DNA of 64,000 nucleotides, from assembly GCA_965248535.1 (NCBI GenBank), contig CBDFJR010000002.1:288001-352000 (forward strand), given 5' to 3'. This document shows, in pieces, positions 49,864 through 61,853 of the stretch. Source of the DNA: Phormidesmis sp. (GTDB lineage: Bacteria > Cyanobacteriota > Cyanobacteriia > Leptolyngbyales > Leptolyngbyaceae). Position numbers and translations under genes: made by a program. How positions within the stretch are numbered: position 1 is the first letter of the stretch; each line of letters opens with the position of its first letter. Under the pieces are notes generated by a model. The model was given only the letters and a program-made list of their open reading frames with translations. It searched no databases and was not told the origin of the DNA.

Positions 49864-51909
49864 CTAAGGCGACAGATAGGTATAGCCGCTTAAACTGCGC
49901 TCATAGTTTTGCAGCAAAATCTGAGACTCTTCTAGCGTGATCCGATGTTCTTCTAGCGCTTGCTCAGTCTGGCGGCGAATGCTCTCGATCATATCCTCCG
50001 CGTCATATTGCACATAGCCCAAAACCTCCTTCATCGTGTCGCCCCGCACAACGTGCTCAATCTGGTAGCCCTTGGGCGTGAGTTGAATATGCACCGTATT
50101 CGTATCGCCGAACAAATTGTGCAGGTTGCCCATAATCTCTTGATAGGCACCGTTGAGAAACATCCCCAGATAGTAGGACTCACCAAGCTTTAGTTTGTGC
50201 AATTCCAATACCGATTTCACATCGCGCAAATCGATAAATTGATCAATTTTGCCGTCACTGTCACAGGTGAGATCAGAGAGCGTTGCTCGCTGGGTTGGCT
50301 CCTCATCTAAACGATGAATTGGCATGATCGGAAACAGTTGATCGATCGCCCATGAGTCAGGTGCAGACTGAAACACCGAAAGATTCATGTAATACATCGA
50401 AGCCATGATTTTCTCAAGGTCTTCTAAATCGTCAGGGACGTAATCAAGCTGACGCACGATCGCCAAAATTTTGTGACAGCAGGCCCAATACAATCGCTCT
50501 GCCCGCGCCCGTTCTGGCAAACTCAGATAGCCAAAGCCAAACAAACTGACGGCTTCTTCTTTAAACTGAGTCGCGTCGTGATAAGCCTCCTGGAAGTTTT
50601 CGGGCTTGATCGAGTTGTAGGTTTCATGAAGGTTGCGAATGATCAGGTGCTCCCCGTCTTGGAGCGGTTCAGGTTTGTCAGCCGGAACCTCACTGGTGCC
50701 CAACACATCAAACACTAAGACCGATTGATGAGACGCGATCGCTCGTCCACTTTCGCTCACCAAGGTCGGCACCGGAATTTTTGCCCCTGTGCAGGCATCT
50801 TTAATCGCCGCCACCACATCATTGGCGTAGTTTTGGGTGTTGTAGTTTTTAGAGGCGTGAAAATTGGTCTGAGAGCCGTCATAATCCACGCCCAAACCGC
50901 CACCGCAGTCTAGGTACTGCATATTTGCGCCCAGTTTCACAAGCTCGACATAGATTTGACCTGCCTCCCGCAAGGCATCTTTAATGACGCTGATCGCAGA
51001 GATTTGTGAGCCGATATGAAAGTGCAGCAGTTGCAGCGAATCCAACATATTAGCGGCCCGCAGTTGCTCGATCGCGCCAATGATTTCAGGAATCGTCAAG
51101 CCAAATTTTGCCCGATCGCCCGCCGAGGTTCCCCAGCGACCAATGCCTTTGGCGCTCAGTTTTGCCCGCACTCCGAGAATGGGCTGCACTCCCAGTTTTT
51201 TGCTAGCCTCGATCGCTAACGCGACTTCCTCGACTTGTTCTAAAACAATGATGGGCGTTTGTCCCAACCGTCTCGCCAGCATTGCCGTTTCGATATACTC
51301 GCGGTCTTTATAGCCGTTGCAAATTAATAGCGCTCCCGGAGTTTTTAGCGATGCCAAAGCAATCATCAATTCGGGTTTCGATCCGGCCTCTAGCCCAAAT
51401 TGATGGGGTTTGCCAAAGCGCACTAAGTCTTCGATCAAATGGCGTTGTTGATTGCATTTCGTCGGAAAAACGCCCTTATAAACGCCCTCGTAGTTATAGC
51501 GAGCGATCGCTTTAGCAAAGGCTGCATTGAGCCGCTCGATCCGATCTTCTAAAATGTCTGAAAACCGGATCAGTAGCGGCAATCCTAAGTTGCGCTGTTT
51601 CAACGCATTGGTTAATTCGTATAGATCTAATGAGCCACCGCGATCGCCCTTGGGAGAAACCGTCACATGACCCGCCGCATTGATCGAAAAATAGGGGTTG
51701 CCCCAGCCTTGAATGCGATAGAGTTCTTCACTGTCCTCGATCGTCCAATTTTCAGGCGCGTTTGTAGCGATCGACGCTGAAGATGAACTAGATGATTTGG
51801 ATGGTAAGGCTTCAGATTTATTTCTGGGCTTCTTCCCGTTCGATTCTGGCGATGCTTCGACCAGTGCTTTTTCCGCCTCTGCTTTCGCTGAGGTGTGGCG
51901 CTCCCCCAT
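49864..51909 (-). CDS. speA: Biosynthetic arginine decarboxylase
   Basis: FPTKCNQ (PLP Lys), GLEAGSKPE, HFHIGSQ, TCDSDG, HNLFGD. Confidence 0.96.
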   Translation of the reverse strand: MGERHTSAKAEAEKALVEASPESNGKKPRNKSEALPSKSSSSSSASIATNAPENWTIEDSEELYRIQGWGNPYFSINAAGHVTVSPKGDRGGSLDLYELTNALKQRNLGLPLLIRFSDILEDRIERLNAAFAKAIARYNYEGVYKGVFPTKCNQQRHLIEDLVRFGKPHQFGLEAGSKPELMIALASLKTPGALLICNGYKDREYIETAMLARRLGQTPIIVLEQVEEVALAIEASKKLGVQPILGVRAKLSAKGIGRWGTSAGDRAKFGLTIPEIIGAIEQLRAANMLDSLQLLHFHIGSQISAISVIKDALREAGQIYVELVKLGANMQYLDCGGGLGVDYDGSQTNFHASKNYNTQNYANDVVAAIKDACTGAKIPVPTLVSESGRAIASHQSVLVFDVLGTSEVPADKPEPLQDGEHLIIRNLHETYNSIKPENFQEAYHDATQFKEEAVSLFGFGYLSLPERARAERLYWACCHKILAIVRQLDYVPDDLEDLEKIMASMYYMNLSVFQSAPDSWAIDQLFPIMPIHRLDEEPTQRATLSDLTCDSDGKIDQFIDLRDVKSVLELHKLKLGESYYLGMFLNGAYQEIMGNLHNLFGDTNTVHIQLTPKGYQIEHVVRGDTMKEVLGYVQYDAEDMIESIRRQTEQALEEHRITLEESQILLQNYERSLSGYTYLSP

Positions 51910-52081
51910 CGTGTCTTACCCCTTGAAACTCTCATTGAGATGACAGTCTATCGCATCCTTCCCAGATTCGTAGGTTAAGCAGCACACTCCTGCCCGCGCC
52001 TTTAGCGACTGAGAAGCCAATCGTCTCCGTTCTGGGCTAATCTTGTTTTGTAAAAATCCATAAACTTCTGGGGAATGACTC

Positions 52082-52531
52082 GTGGAAAGGACATTTTTGG
52101 CAATCAAACCGGATGGCGTGCAGCGTAAGCTAGTCAGCGAGATTATCGGGCGCTTTGAGACCAAAGGATTTACCCTCGTGGGTTTGAAATTCATGAACGT
52201 CAGCCGCGAACTTGCCGAACAGCACTACGGCGTTCACAAAGAGCGTCCCTTCTTTGGCAGCTTGGTCGAGTTCATCACGTCGGGCCCCGTGGTGGCGATG
52301 GTTTGGGAAGGCGATGGCGTGATTGCCTCTGCTAGAAAAGTGATTGGAGCCACCAACCCTCTCACCGCAGAACCTGGAACTATTCGCGGCGACTTGGGTG
52401 CCAATATCGGGCGCAACCTGATTCATGGCTCAGATGCACCTGAAACGGCTCAAAGTGAGATCGCTCTATGGTTCAAGGCTGAAGAATTAGTCAATTGGCA
52501 GCCTACCATTCTGTCCTGGATCTCCGAATAA
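52082..52531 (+). CDS. ndk: Nucleoside diphosphate kinase
   Basis: [27 protein letters not shown]. Confidence 0.98.
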   Translation: MERTFLAIKPDGVQRKLVSEIIGRFETKGFTLVGLKFMNVSRELAEQHYGVHKERPFFGSLVEFITSGPVVAMVWEGDGVIASARKVIGATNPLTAEPGTIRGDLGANIGRNLIHGSDAPETAQSEIALWFKAEELVNWQPTILSWISE

Positions 52532-52555
52532 TCTCTGACGGTTCTAAAAAGATAT

Positions 52556-52594
52556 AAAAAAGGAGAGATGTTTGACAGAGCATCTCTCCTTTTT
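52556..52594. terminator. Bidirectional terminator between ndk and the terC-like gene
   Basis: AAAAGGAGAGATG...CATCTCTCCTTTTT. Confidence 0.85.
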
Positions 52595-52619
52595 GGTGTG
52601 TGTTCAATAGCCGATTGAT

Positions 52620-53381
52620 TCAAACTTCTAGTTTTTTTTCGTCAGGTTCAGCTAGCTTTTCGAGCGTAGGTTCGGCTAACTTCTCAGTTTCTATTGCCTG
52701 ACCTTCAACCAGATTACGCTTAGAGAATCCCCAGGCGAAGATCAGAGCAACGGCTGTCACCATCACCCATTCGGGCGGCACGAGACTGTCGTTGATCACC
52801 CTCGTCAACAGACGCAACCCGACCAAGGCAACAGTAATGTATCCTGCGTCTTCTAAGTGAGTAAACTCGTCTAACCAGCGAATGAATAGGCCTGCCATAA
52901 ATCGGAGGGCGATAATCCCGATCGTGGCCCCGATCAAAATCAGCCAGGTTTCTTGAGAGACGGCGATCGCGGTCGTGACGCTATCGAGAGAGAAGGCCAA
53001 ATCTGTGATCGCCAACATGGGGATCGCCTGCCACAGCGAGGTAAATCTCGGCCCGTGGTGCTCGTCTTCCCCTTCTGAGTCAGACGTAAAATATTGAAAG
53101 ACCAGCCACAGCAGATAGACTGCCCCTGCCAACTCAAACTGCCAATATTTGCTCACCCATGAGGCGGTCAAAATTAAGCTCATCCGCAAAATATAGGCAA
53201 ACACTAGCCCAATATTGAGGGCACGCCGTTCGAGTTCAGGCTTTTGTAACCCTTGGGCGATCGCGGCTAGAGCGATCGCGTTGTCTGCCGACAGCACGGC
53301 TTCTAAAGCGACTAAAACCAAGAGCAGCAAAAGCGTTTGAACGTCAAAGCTGGCAGGTAGATCTGAAAGTTGGTCTAGCAT
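52620..53381 (-). CDS. TerC family integral membrane protein
   Basis: LEAVLSADNA, DLAFSLDSV. Confidence 0.92.
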   Translation of the reverse strand: MLDQLSDLPASFDVQTLLLLLVLVALEAVLSADNAIALAAIAQGLQKPELERRALNIGLVFAYILRMSLILTASWVSKYWQFELAGAVYLLWLVFQYFTSDSEGEDEHHGPRFTSLWQAIPMLAITDLAFSLDSVTTAIAVSQETWLILIGATIGIIALRFMAGLFIRWLDEFTHLEDAGYITVALVGLRLLTRVINDSLVPPEWVMVTAVALIFAWGFSKRNLVEGQAIETEKLAEPTLEKLAEPDEKKLEV

Positions 53382-53610
53382 CAATGATTTCTTAAGCGTT
53401 ATAAACCGGATCGACTCAACCCTGACTTAGGAAAGAGTTTTACTCACTTATCAGCCTACCTTAACTGGGAGGTCTGAGTCATGATGACCCATCAGCCTGA
53501 GCCTCTTGATCCCCGCTTTGTGTTGAATCTTGTAACAAAACCCGCCGAAAGCGGACGGTTTGATCGACATTGAGGAACGATAACCCTGAGATTAAGGAGT
53601 TTCAAACCCA

Positions 53611-53706
53611 ATGCCACTATCAGATACCCAAATTCTAATCGCCCTGGTGGTTGCCCTAATTCCGGGCATTCTGGCCTTCCGGCTCTCAACCGAGTTGTAT
53701 AAATAG
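53611..53706 (+). CDS. psaM: Photosystem I subunit XII PsaM (not in the ORF track)
   Basis: [40 protein letters not shown]. Confidence 0.96.
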   Translation: MPLSDTQILIALVVALIPGILAFRLSTELYK

Positions 53707-53725
53707 ATCGTCCTTAGCGATCGCA

Positions 53726-53830
53726 GCAGGAAAGCTGTTTTGTCTAATCTCCGCAGTGGCAAATGATTTTCTCGAAGTTGAGTGATCGTTTTTTAAGATG
53801 CGGGGTACACTGACGGGACAGTTTTCCTGC
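53726..53830 (+). ncRNA. Candidate structured RNA (long imperfect hairpin) downstream of psaM
   Basis: 19-bp outer stem, 7-bp and 8-bp inner stems, with G-U wobbles on the + strand. Confidence 0.5.
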
Positions 53831-54108
53831 CAGTTCCGTTGAGTTGTGATTCAGACGGATGGTTGAGAAACACTGCTCAGTTCAGTTGTACTTCTTGATT
53901 TGGGTGCTGATTTTTGCGATTTTAGGTTAACTCTATGAGTAGAGTTACTGAGTAGCTGCAAAAACCTCTCTGGAATGAGTTTTTAGTCTTCTGAAATTCA
54001 GCCTGGTTTTTCAGATTAAAAGCGCTCGATTTAGAATTGATTGCCAAAGGCAGTTACTCCCATCAAGACTGTCAAAGTCTACCGTCTGCACTCGCATCCG
54101 TTGAACTC

Positions 54109-54510
54109 ATGAACGCACTTCAATCGCCGACTCCCCCCCTTCAGCCTGTCAGAACGCCACGATCGCAGCCTCGATCGGGTCAGCAAAAAAAACGCCAACA
54201 CCAGCGGGCGATCGCGATTGAAACCTCGATTAAGCTGGGGGTTAACCTGGCGCTTTCAAGCGTGGCGATCGCAGCATTGGGTCAACTGGTGCCCTACAGC
54301 ATGGTGCAACAGGCAAAGCTGCAAGAGATTAACGCCGAAGTTAAGACCACAGAACGCCGGGTTGGTCACGTCAAGGCAGAATTCAACCGCTATTTTGATC
54401 CCCGACAGGCAAAGGTGATCATGCAAGAGCAAACCAACCGCGCTGACCCTAGCCAGCGCCAAATAATTTGGGGCGATGCAACGTCTGAGACGGCAGCGCA
54501 GCTTCCTTAG
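54109..54510 (+). CDS. Slr1601-like, FtsL/DivIC-like bitopic protein
   Basis: Basic N-terminus, one TM (KLGVNLALSSVAIAALGQLVPY), coiled coil, FNRYFDP; follows psaM. Confidence 0.65.
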   Translation: MNALQSPTPPLQPVRTPRSQPRSGQQKKRQHQRAIAIETSIKLGVNLALSSVAIAALGQLVPYSMVQQAKLQEINAEVKTTERRVGHVKAEFNRYFDPRQAKVIMQEQTNRADPSQRQIIWGDATSETAAQLP

Positions 54511-54995
54511 ATAATTTTGAGAGAGTCAGCTTTGGGTTGGCAAAGGCGCTCGATCGAGCGCCTTTTTGGTTTTTAGAAGCCCCTCAACTCGTCAAGTCTA
54601 GTCGTCTTATGCGGGGATCGCACTCCAGAGATACAAAATCTACATCATTGCAAGCGAATTGTATCAACGGTAACCTAATGATCTTGGCTAGACTGTCTAA
54701 AATAAAACCTGAACAGTTCAACCAGCGCTACAAAGTTACTTCTACACTATTACTTGGGTCAACCCTCACGACTCTGATTCTTTCACTGGCTAACCACGAT
54801 CGCCAAAGTTCAGTAATTCTTCGCATTTACCTCGCTGAAACTTTAGGCAATATAGTTGCGTCAGGTAAAACGTGTAACGACAACTTTACACACCTGCCTC
54901 ACCTTCCGAAACCGTGGTTCTTGGTTATGTAGTTAATACACACGCTTTACTCCTCTCCCATTCCGCACTTCAACAGAGTCGAGGAAACGATAGAC

Positions 54996-55370
54996 ATGAA
55001 ATTGCAAGACACCCAACGCCGGATCACTCTAGCAGGGTGGGTTAGATTTTCACCCACAGCAGACTCTACCAACGCTGCCACGGCTACCCGACTGCCTCAC
55101 GCCTCGCAAAAACCTGATTTACTTCGTCCGCTTCGCAATGCACTCGATCGCGTTCAAGTCCGCAACCCTGGTCTCGCTCATCGCCTTTGTAAGTCCATTC
55201 CGTCTCAGTGCCCCTTTGAGCGCGACGTTAAAGCCTTCGGGAAGACGTTGTTTCACATTCCTCCAATGTGCAAGCTCAACCCCCTTTATGACGAAGTGGT
55301 GGCCCTGCGGTTTCGAGCACTCTGCTATCTAGCAGATGAATGTGGAGAAGATATTAGCTGCTATTGCTAA
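54996..55370 (+). CDS. 'Mo-dependent nitrogenase C-terminal' domain protein
   Basis: CKSIPSQCPFERD...HIPPMCKLNPLYDEVVALRFRALCYLADECGED. Confidence 0.88.
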   Translation: MKLQDTQRRITLAGWVRFSPTADSTNAATATRLPHASQKPDLLRPLRNALDRVQVRNPGLAHRLCKSIPSQCPFERDVKAFGKTLFHIPPMCKLNPLYDEVVALRFRALCYLADECGEDISCYC

Positions 55371-55498
55371 AGGCTCCACGCTCCTTCTAAGAGGCTGTCT
55401 CTCAATCCTCGATTTTCCAGGTAGACAAATTCTACCGTCTTGATCCCCAAGGGGATCACGTTCTTAAAAAAGCTTATCGTGTCTGATTAAGTCACTAG

Positions 55499-55531
55499 AA
55501 AAGAGATGCCCTTGAAGGGCATCTCTTTTTT
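55499..55531. terminator. Bidirectional terminator
   Basis: AAAAGAGATGCCCT-TGA-AGGGCATCTCTTTT. Confidence 0.88.
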
Positions 55532-55532
55532 G

Positions 55533-56447
55533 TTAGTTGAGCGCGATCGGAAACACCCAATCTCGATAATCTGGGTCTAAGTTTTCGGTGATGGCCGTGA
55601 GTTTGGCTTTTAACTGATCGGTGATGGGATGGGTGGTCGGCGTTGAATAAGTTTCGATTTTTTTGACGGGCGTAATCTTGGCCGCGGTGCCACTTAAAAA
55701 AACTTCGTCAGCAATAAATAGTTCTGATTTGTCTACGGGGCGCTCGATCGTCTTGATCCCCAAATTTCGCGCCAAGGTCAAAATGCTGTCTCTGGTGATT
55801 CCTTCTAAGATGTCTTGCTCATAGCCCGGCGTGATCAATTCACCATTGCGGATCAGAAAGATATTCATCCCCGATGCTTCGCTGACTTTGCCTTGAGTGT
55901 TAAGCAAAATTGCCTCATCAAACCCCGATTCGACCGCTTCGGTTTTGGCGAGAGAGGAGGTAATATAAGCGCCGCTAATCTTTCCTCTCAGGGGCAAACT
56001 GCGATCTTCTTGACGACACCAAGAGCTAATGCGACAGGTCACGCCATCTGCTGAAAGATAATCTCCTAACTCAAGCCCATAGACAAAAAAATCTTTCTCA
56101 ATGTTATGAAGTCGAGGTGCGATCCCCAACCCCGATGTGTAGACAAACGGACGAATATAAAACGATTGATCGGGTTTATTTTTTTGCACAAACTCAGTAA
56201 TAATTGCCTGAATTTTATCGGCGGACAACTCGTAGTGAATCAGTTTGGCACTGTTGCTGAGACGTTGACAGTGACGATCGAGCCGAAACAACAAAATTTG
56301 ATGGGCATTCTTCGGATCAGGAATGCCTCGCAGTCCGCCGAATGCCCCGGTGCCATAGTGGAGAGCGTGAGTCGCGATCGAGAGATTGGCCTCGGCAAAC
56401 GGGACAAACTGATTTTTGAAATAAGCGATCGGCAGAAAGTTGTGCAT
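55533..56447 (-). CDS. ilvE: Branched-chain amino acid aminotransferase
   Basis: HALHYGTGAFGG, YIRP, GKISGAY, ILEGITR, FLSGTAA. Confidence 0.93.
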   Translation of the reverse strand: MHNFLPIAYFKNQFVPFAEANLSIATHALHYGTGAFGGLRGIPDPKNAHQILLFRLDRHCQRLSNSAKLIHYELSADKIQAIITEFVQKNKPDQSFYIRPFVYTSGLGIAPRLHNIEKDFFVYGLELGDYLSADGVTCRISSWCRQEDRSLPLRGKISGAYITSSLAKTEAVESGFDEAILLNTQGKVSEASGMNIFLIRNGELITPGYEQDILEGITRDSILTLARNLGIKTIERPVDKSELFIADEVFLSGTAAKITPVKKIETYSTPTTHPITDQLKAKLTAITENLDPDYRDWVFPIALN

Positions 56448-56601
56448 AGCAGCGTTGAAGAGGATTGGACGAGGAAAATTTTTGCTGGACATCAGGCACC
56501 GTTCGTCGGGTTATCTTTAACCAACTCAACGACCCGTGACAATTCGCCATTGACACCCGTAGCATCTACTGACGATAATGGGAGTTTGTTGAAAACTCTA
56601 G

Positions 56602-57942
<1,341 letters not shown>

Positions 57943-58021
57943 CAGGCACCTCAAAAAGTTTTGGATTGAAACTGCTTAAAATCCAACGTCAACGTTCATC
58001 TCTCACATTCTCAAGGTCATT

Positions 58022-58612
58022 ATGCAAATCACGATCGACTGTCACAAACGCGCCGCCGGAAGTAAGCCCAATGCCCTGCGCCGTTCAGGACAAATCCCGG
58101 CTGTGCTCTATGGTCACAACGGCACCGAATCTCTAGAGTTGACCATTGATGCTAAAAAAGCCGAATTTTTAGTACGCGATGCCTCGGTCAACAACACGCT
58201 GATCGATGTCAATATTCCTGAACTGCCTTGGACGGGTAAAGCGCTGCTGCGCGAAATTCAGTCGCATCCCTGGAAGCGTCATCTCTATCACCTCAGCTTT
58301 TTCTCAGTCTCGGCCGAGAGCGTTCTTGAAATCACGGTGCCTCTGCACTTTGTGGGCGAAGCCTATGGGGTCAAGCAAGAGAGCGGCGTAATGGAAACCG
58401 AACTGACGGAATTGGTCGTGAAATGTCTGCCCGATCGCATTCCTCAAAGCATCGAAATTGATGTGACGAGTCTCAAAGTGGGTGACGCGCTCCACGTTCA
58501 CGAGTTGCCTCTGCCTGAAGGCGTAACCGCCCAAGGTGAAGCTAGTCGAGTGGTGGTGATGATCTCAGCCACCCGTGCCGGAGCCGGAGAAGAGGCTACA
58601 GCAGCCGTATAA
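58022..58612 (+). CDS. rplY: 50S ribosomal protein L25/Ctc
   Basis: LRRSGQIPAVLYG, EIQSHP, VPLHFVG, IPQSIEIDV. Confidence 0.95.
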   Translation: MQITIDCHKRAAGSKPNALRRSGQIPAVLYGHNGTESLELTIDAKKAEFLVRDASVNNTLIDVNIPELPWTGKALLREIQSHPWKRHLYHLSFFSVSAESVLEITVPLHFVGEAYGVKQESGVMETELTELVVKCLPDRIPQSIEIDVTSLKVGDALHVHELPLPEGVTAQGEASRVVVMISATRAGAGEEATAAV

Positions 58613-58646
58613 GCGCGGTTCCTGTCAATTTGAAGTGTATGTAGAA

Positions 58647-58675
58647 CCAGGGAGCCACCATTCCCTGGCTTTTTT
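58647..58675 (+). terminator. Rho-independent terminator after rplY
   Basis: CCAGGGAG-CCACCA-TTCCCTGG followed by a T-tract. Confidence 0.75.
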
Positions 58676-58694
58676 ATGAGTGTCTGAGCGAACT

Positions 58695-60194
58695 ATGACC
58701 CAAACAACGTTGCCTCCTTTAATTCAGCAAATGCTGCGATCGGAGTTTTATCCGCACTCGGTGACGGAGCCGATCGCCCTGATTCAAACCCACGTCTCTT
58801 ATGTGCTGCTCACGGGCGAGGTGGTTTATAAACTCAAAAAATCGGTCAACTTCGGCTTTTTAGATTTCTCAACCTTGCAGAAACGGGAGCATTTTTGTCA
58901 TGAAGAAGTGCGCCTCAATCAACGGGGAGCCGCCGAACTCTATTTAGGCGTTGAGCCGATTATGCAGACGGGCGACACGTTTCAACTGGGCGGCGCTGGG
59001 GAGCCTGTTGAATATGTCGTCAAAATGGTGCAGTTTCCGCAAGAGACGCTGCTGAGTGCAATGTTCGATCGCGGCGAACTCACTGAATCATTATTAGAAG
59101 ATTTGGCGAGAGAATTGGCGGCGTTTCACCTTAAGGCACCCACCAACGACTACATTTTGAAGTTTGGGGAAGTCTCGCAAGTTCGACAAGCGATCGACGA
59201 AAACTATGATCAAACCGTGGGCTATATTGGGCGATCGCAAACCCAAGTCCAGTTTGATGAGACTCGCGCCTACACAGACAAGCTGTTTGCTGAACAAAAG
59301 CAACTATTTGACAGCCGAGTTCAAAATAAATGGATTCGTGAATGTCATGGCGACGTGCATTTGAGAAATATTTGCTTTTGGCATAACAAAATCTTGCTGT
59401 TTGACTGCATCGAATTCAACGAGCCGTTTCGGTTTGTCGATGTGATGTTCGATATCGCCTACATCGTGATGGATTTAGATGCGCGAAATCGTCCTGATTT
59501 GAGCAATTTATTTCTCAATGCCTACGTCGAGCAAACAGGCGACTGGGAAGGCTTGCAGGTGTTGCCGCTCTATCTCAGCCGTCAGTCTTATGTGCGGGCT
59601 AAAGTGACTTCGTTTTTACTAGATGATCCGGCAATTCCAGAATCGGTGAAGCAAGAAGCGAGTCAAACCGCCGATCGCTACTATCGGTTAGCGTGGGACT
59701 ATACGCGCCACAAGTCAGGACAATTGACGATGATGTCCGGTTTGTCCGGTTCGGGCAAAAGCACCGTGGCGCGTCAGTTAGCCCGTCAGACGGGAGCGAT
59801 TCACCTACGATCGGATGCCATTCGCAAACATCTGGGCGGCGTTGCGCTTGATGCCAAAGGAGAAACTGATCTCTATACCTCAGAGATGACTGAGAAAACT
59901 TACGATCGCCTTCTCAATCTCGGCATCGCGCTAGCATCCCAGGGCTATTCAGTGATTTTGGATGCCAAATATGATCGCCAGGCTTTACGATCGCCCGTCA
60001 TTGCCCAAGCCACTGCTCATCAGCTTCCGTTAGAAATTCTCTATTGTGATGCGCCGATATCGGTGTTGAGCGATCGCTTGCAGCAGCGTCAGGGCGATGT
60101 CTCAGATGCCACGGCTGACCTACTCAAAACCCAGCACATGGAGCCGTTTAGCGACACCGAAAAACCGTATCTCAAGACGTTAGACACTCTTTAA
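58695..60194 (+). CDS. Aminoglycoside-phosphotransferase-like / P-loop kinase fusion protein
   Basis: QTHVS, ECHGDVHLRN, FDCIEFN; C-terminal GLSGSGKST. Confidence 0.9.
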   Translation: MTQTTLPPLIQQMLRSEFYPHSVTEPIALIQTHVSYVLLTGEVVYKLKKSVNFGFLDFSTLQKREHFCHEEVRLNQRGAAELYLGVEPIMQTGDTFQLGGAGEPVEYVVKMVQFPQETLLSAMFDRGELTESLLEDLARELAAFHLKAPTNDYILKFGEVSQVRQAIDENYDQTVGYIGRSQTQVQFDETRAYTDKLFAEQKQLFDSRVQNKWIRECHGDVHLRNICFWHNKILLFDCIEFNEPFRFVDVMFDIAYIVMDLDARNRPDLSNLFLNAYVEQTGDWEGLQVLPLYLSRQSYVRAKVTSFLLDDPAIPESVKQEASQTADRYYRLAWDYTRHKSGQLTMMSGLSGSGKSTVARQLARQTGAIHLRSDAIRKHLGGVALDAKGETDLYTSEMTEKTYDRLLNLGIALASQGYSVILDAKYDRQALRSPVIAQATAHQLPLEILYCDAPISVLSDRLQQRQGDVSDATADLLKTQHMEPFSDTEKPYLKTLDTL

Positions 60195-60320
60195 ACTCTA
60201 GAAGGAAAATCCTTGAAGTAGTCGCCTGTCATTCGTCGTCAAATCTCCTGTTTCCAAGCGAGGGAAAAATGACGAATGACTGACGATGAATGAGGTATCC
60301 TGTGTAGTGGTCATCAAGGG

Positions 60321-60668
60321 TTGAGTACAGTGCGAAGACAACCAATCTCAAAAGGATTTTCGACAGGACTGCAAATTTGGCTGCTGTTCTTGATCGGCCT
60401 ATTTGGGATGGGCTATTCTGCTCCCTTAAGTATTTTGCTAGGCGCGATCGGCGGTCTAGCCAGCGGCTTAATTGTCGATTGGTGGGGGTCAAAAGACGAG
60501 GAAAAGAAGCCAAAACCCAAAGCAGTTGAAGACGATGGGCTGGCCGAAGAAACCAAGGTTCGCAAAAAACGCAGCCAATACTCTAGCCTTAAGCAGCGCA
60601 GCAAGAAACGCAAACAGCAGCAAGAACCCACTACCTCTTGGTGGCAGCAGCTTCGCAGACGCTCCTAA
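60321..60668 (+). CDS. Hypothetical membrane protein with basic tail
   Basis: Two hydrophobic helices (LGAIGGLASG) then a K/R-rich tail. Confidence 0.7.
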   Translation: MSTVRRQPISKGFSTGLQIWLLFLIGLFGMGYSAPLSILLGAIGGLASGLIVDWWGSKDEEKKPKPKAVEDDGLAEETKVRKKRSQYSSLKQRSKKRKQQQEPTTSWWQQLRRRS

Positions 60669-60687
60669 TCAGCACCCAATCAGTCGC

Positions 60688-61776
60688 CTATTGCTCTTCG
60701 CCACACTGTCCGCGCTGTCGCAACAGGTGATCACACAAAACTAGCGCCACCATGGCCTCTACCATCGGCACGGCTCTTGGCAACACACAGGGATCGTGGC
60801 GACCTTTGGCGGCCAGCGTCACTTCTTCTCCGGTGTTGGTGACGGTGCGCTGCTCTTTGCGAATTGTGGCGGTGGGCTTGAAGGCGACCCGAATCAGAAT
60901 ATTTTCTCCGTTCGAGATGCCGCCCTGAACGCCGCCCGATCGGTTGGTCACAGTGCGAATTTCGCCATTCTCGGTATAGAATTCGTCGTTGTGTTCGCTG
61001 CCTGTCATCACGGTGCCTGCAAACCCAGAGCCAATCTCAAAGCCTTTGGTGGCGGGGAGAGACATCACGGCTTTGGCCAGATCGGCTTCTAGCTTGTCAA
61101 ACACCGGGTCGCCTAACCCCTTAGGAACACGCCGCGCCACGCACTCGACTACGCCCCCGATCGAGTCGCCCTGATTGCGAATTTTCTCGATCAAATCGAT
61201 CATTTGCTCGGCGCACTCTGAGTCAGGACAGCGCACGATGTTGCTCTCAACCGCCTCTAGCGTCACGGTATTGGGATCGACTACGCCTTCTATATCTTTG
61301 ATGCGTTTGACGTAGGCGATGATCTCAACACCTGCGATCGCGTGCAGAATTTTTTTAGCGATCGCGCCTGCTGCTACGCGCCCGATCGTTTCTCGCGCTG
61401 ACGATCGTCCGCCACCCTGCCAGTTGCGAATGCCGTATTTCGCGTCATAGGTCGCGTCGGCGTGAGACGGACGATATTTCACCGCCATCTCGTCATAGTC
61501 TTGCGATCGCTGATCTTGATTGCGAACTAAAATCGCGATCGGCGTTCCCAACGTTTTGCCCTCAAACAGTCCTGACAGAATCTCGCAGCGATCAGCTTCA
61601 TTGCGAGGCGTGGTGATTTTGCTTTGCCCCGGTCGTCGTCGATCTAGCTCAAACTGAATCTCGTCTGCCGAAATCTCAATCTTGGGCGGACACCCGTCGA
61701 TCACCACGCCCACGCCGCCGCCGTGCGATTCGCCAAACGTAGAGATGCGAAACAAATGACCGAAGTTGCTGCCCAT
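60688..61776 (-). CDS. aroC: Chorismate synthase
   Basis: [30 protein letters not shown]. Confidence 0.98.
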   Translation of the reverse strand: MGSNFGHLFRISTFGESHGGGVGVVIDGCPPKIEISADEIQFELDRRRPGQSKITTPRNEADRCEILSGLFEGKTLGTPIAILVRNQDQRSQDYDEMAVKYRPSHADATYDAKYGIRNWQGGGRSSARETIGRVAAGAIAKKILHAIAGVEIIAYVKRIKDIEGVVDPNTVTLEAVESNIVRCPDSECAEQMIDLIEKIRNQGDSIGGVVECVARRVPKGLGDPVFDKLEADLAKAVMSLPATKGFEIGSGFAGTVMTGSEHNDEFYTENGEIRTVTNRSGGVQGGISNGENILIRVAFKPTATIRKEQRTVTNTGEEVTLAAKGRHDPCVLPRAVPMVEAMVALVLCDHLLRQRGQCGEEQ

Positions 61777-61820
61777 GATGTTTGAAGGAATAGAGTTACG
61801 ATCGTGTCTAAAAAAATGAA

Positions 61821-61848
61821 TAGGGAGCCAGCCATTGCTAACTCCCTA
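61821..61848 (-). terminator. Terminator-like hairpin after the tRNA
   Basis: TAGGGAG...CTCCCTA arms followed by a T-rich tract on the minus strand. Confidence 0.6.
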
Positions 61849-61853
61849 CTTGA

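Noticed and set aside
54537..54932. 131-aa ORF
   Set aside because: TTG start, no RBS, no motif; reads like translated promoter DNA
54996..55370. Evidence for nitrogen fixation
   Set aside because: Domain name only; no nif structural genes, and the cysteine desulfurase is not in a nif context
44352..55399. 13-bp word CTAAGAGGCTGTC at 44352 and 55387, and similar IS-end-like words near 34343 and 49043
   Set aside because: 13-bp matches are expected by chance in 64 kb; no paired ends or transposase seen
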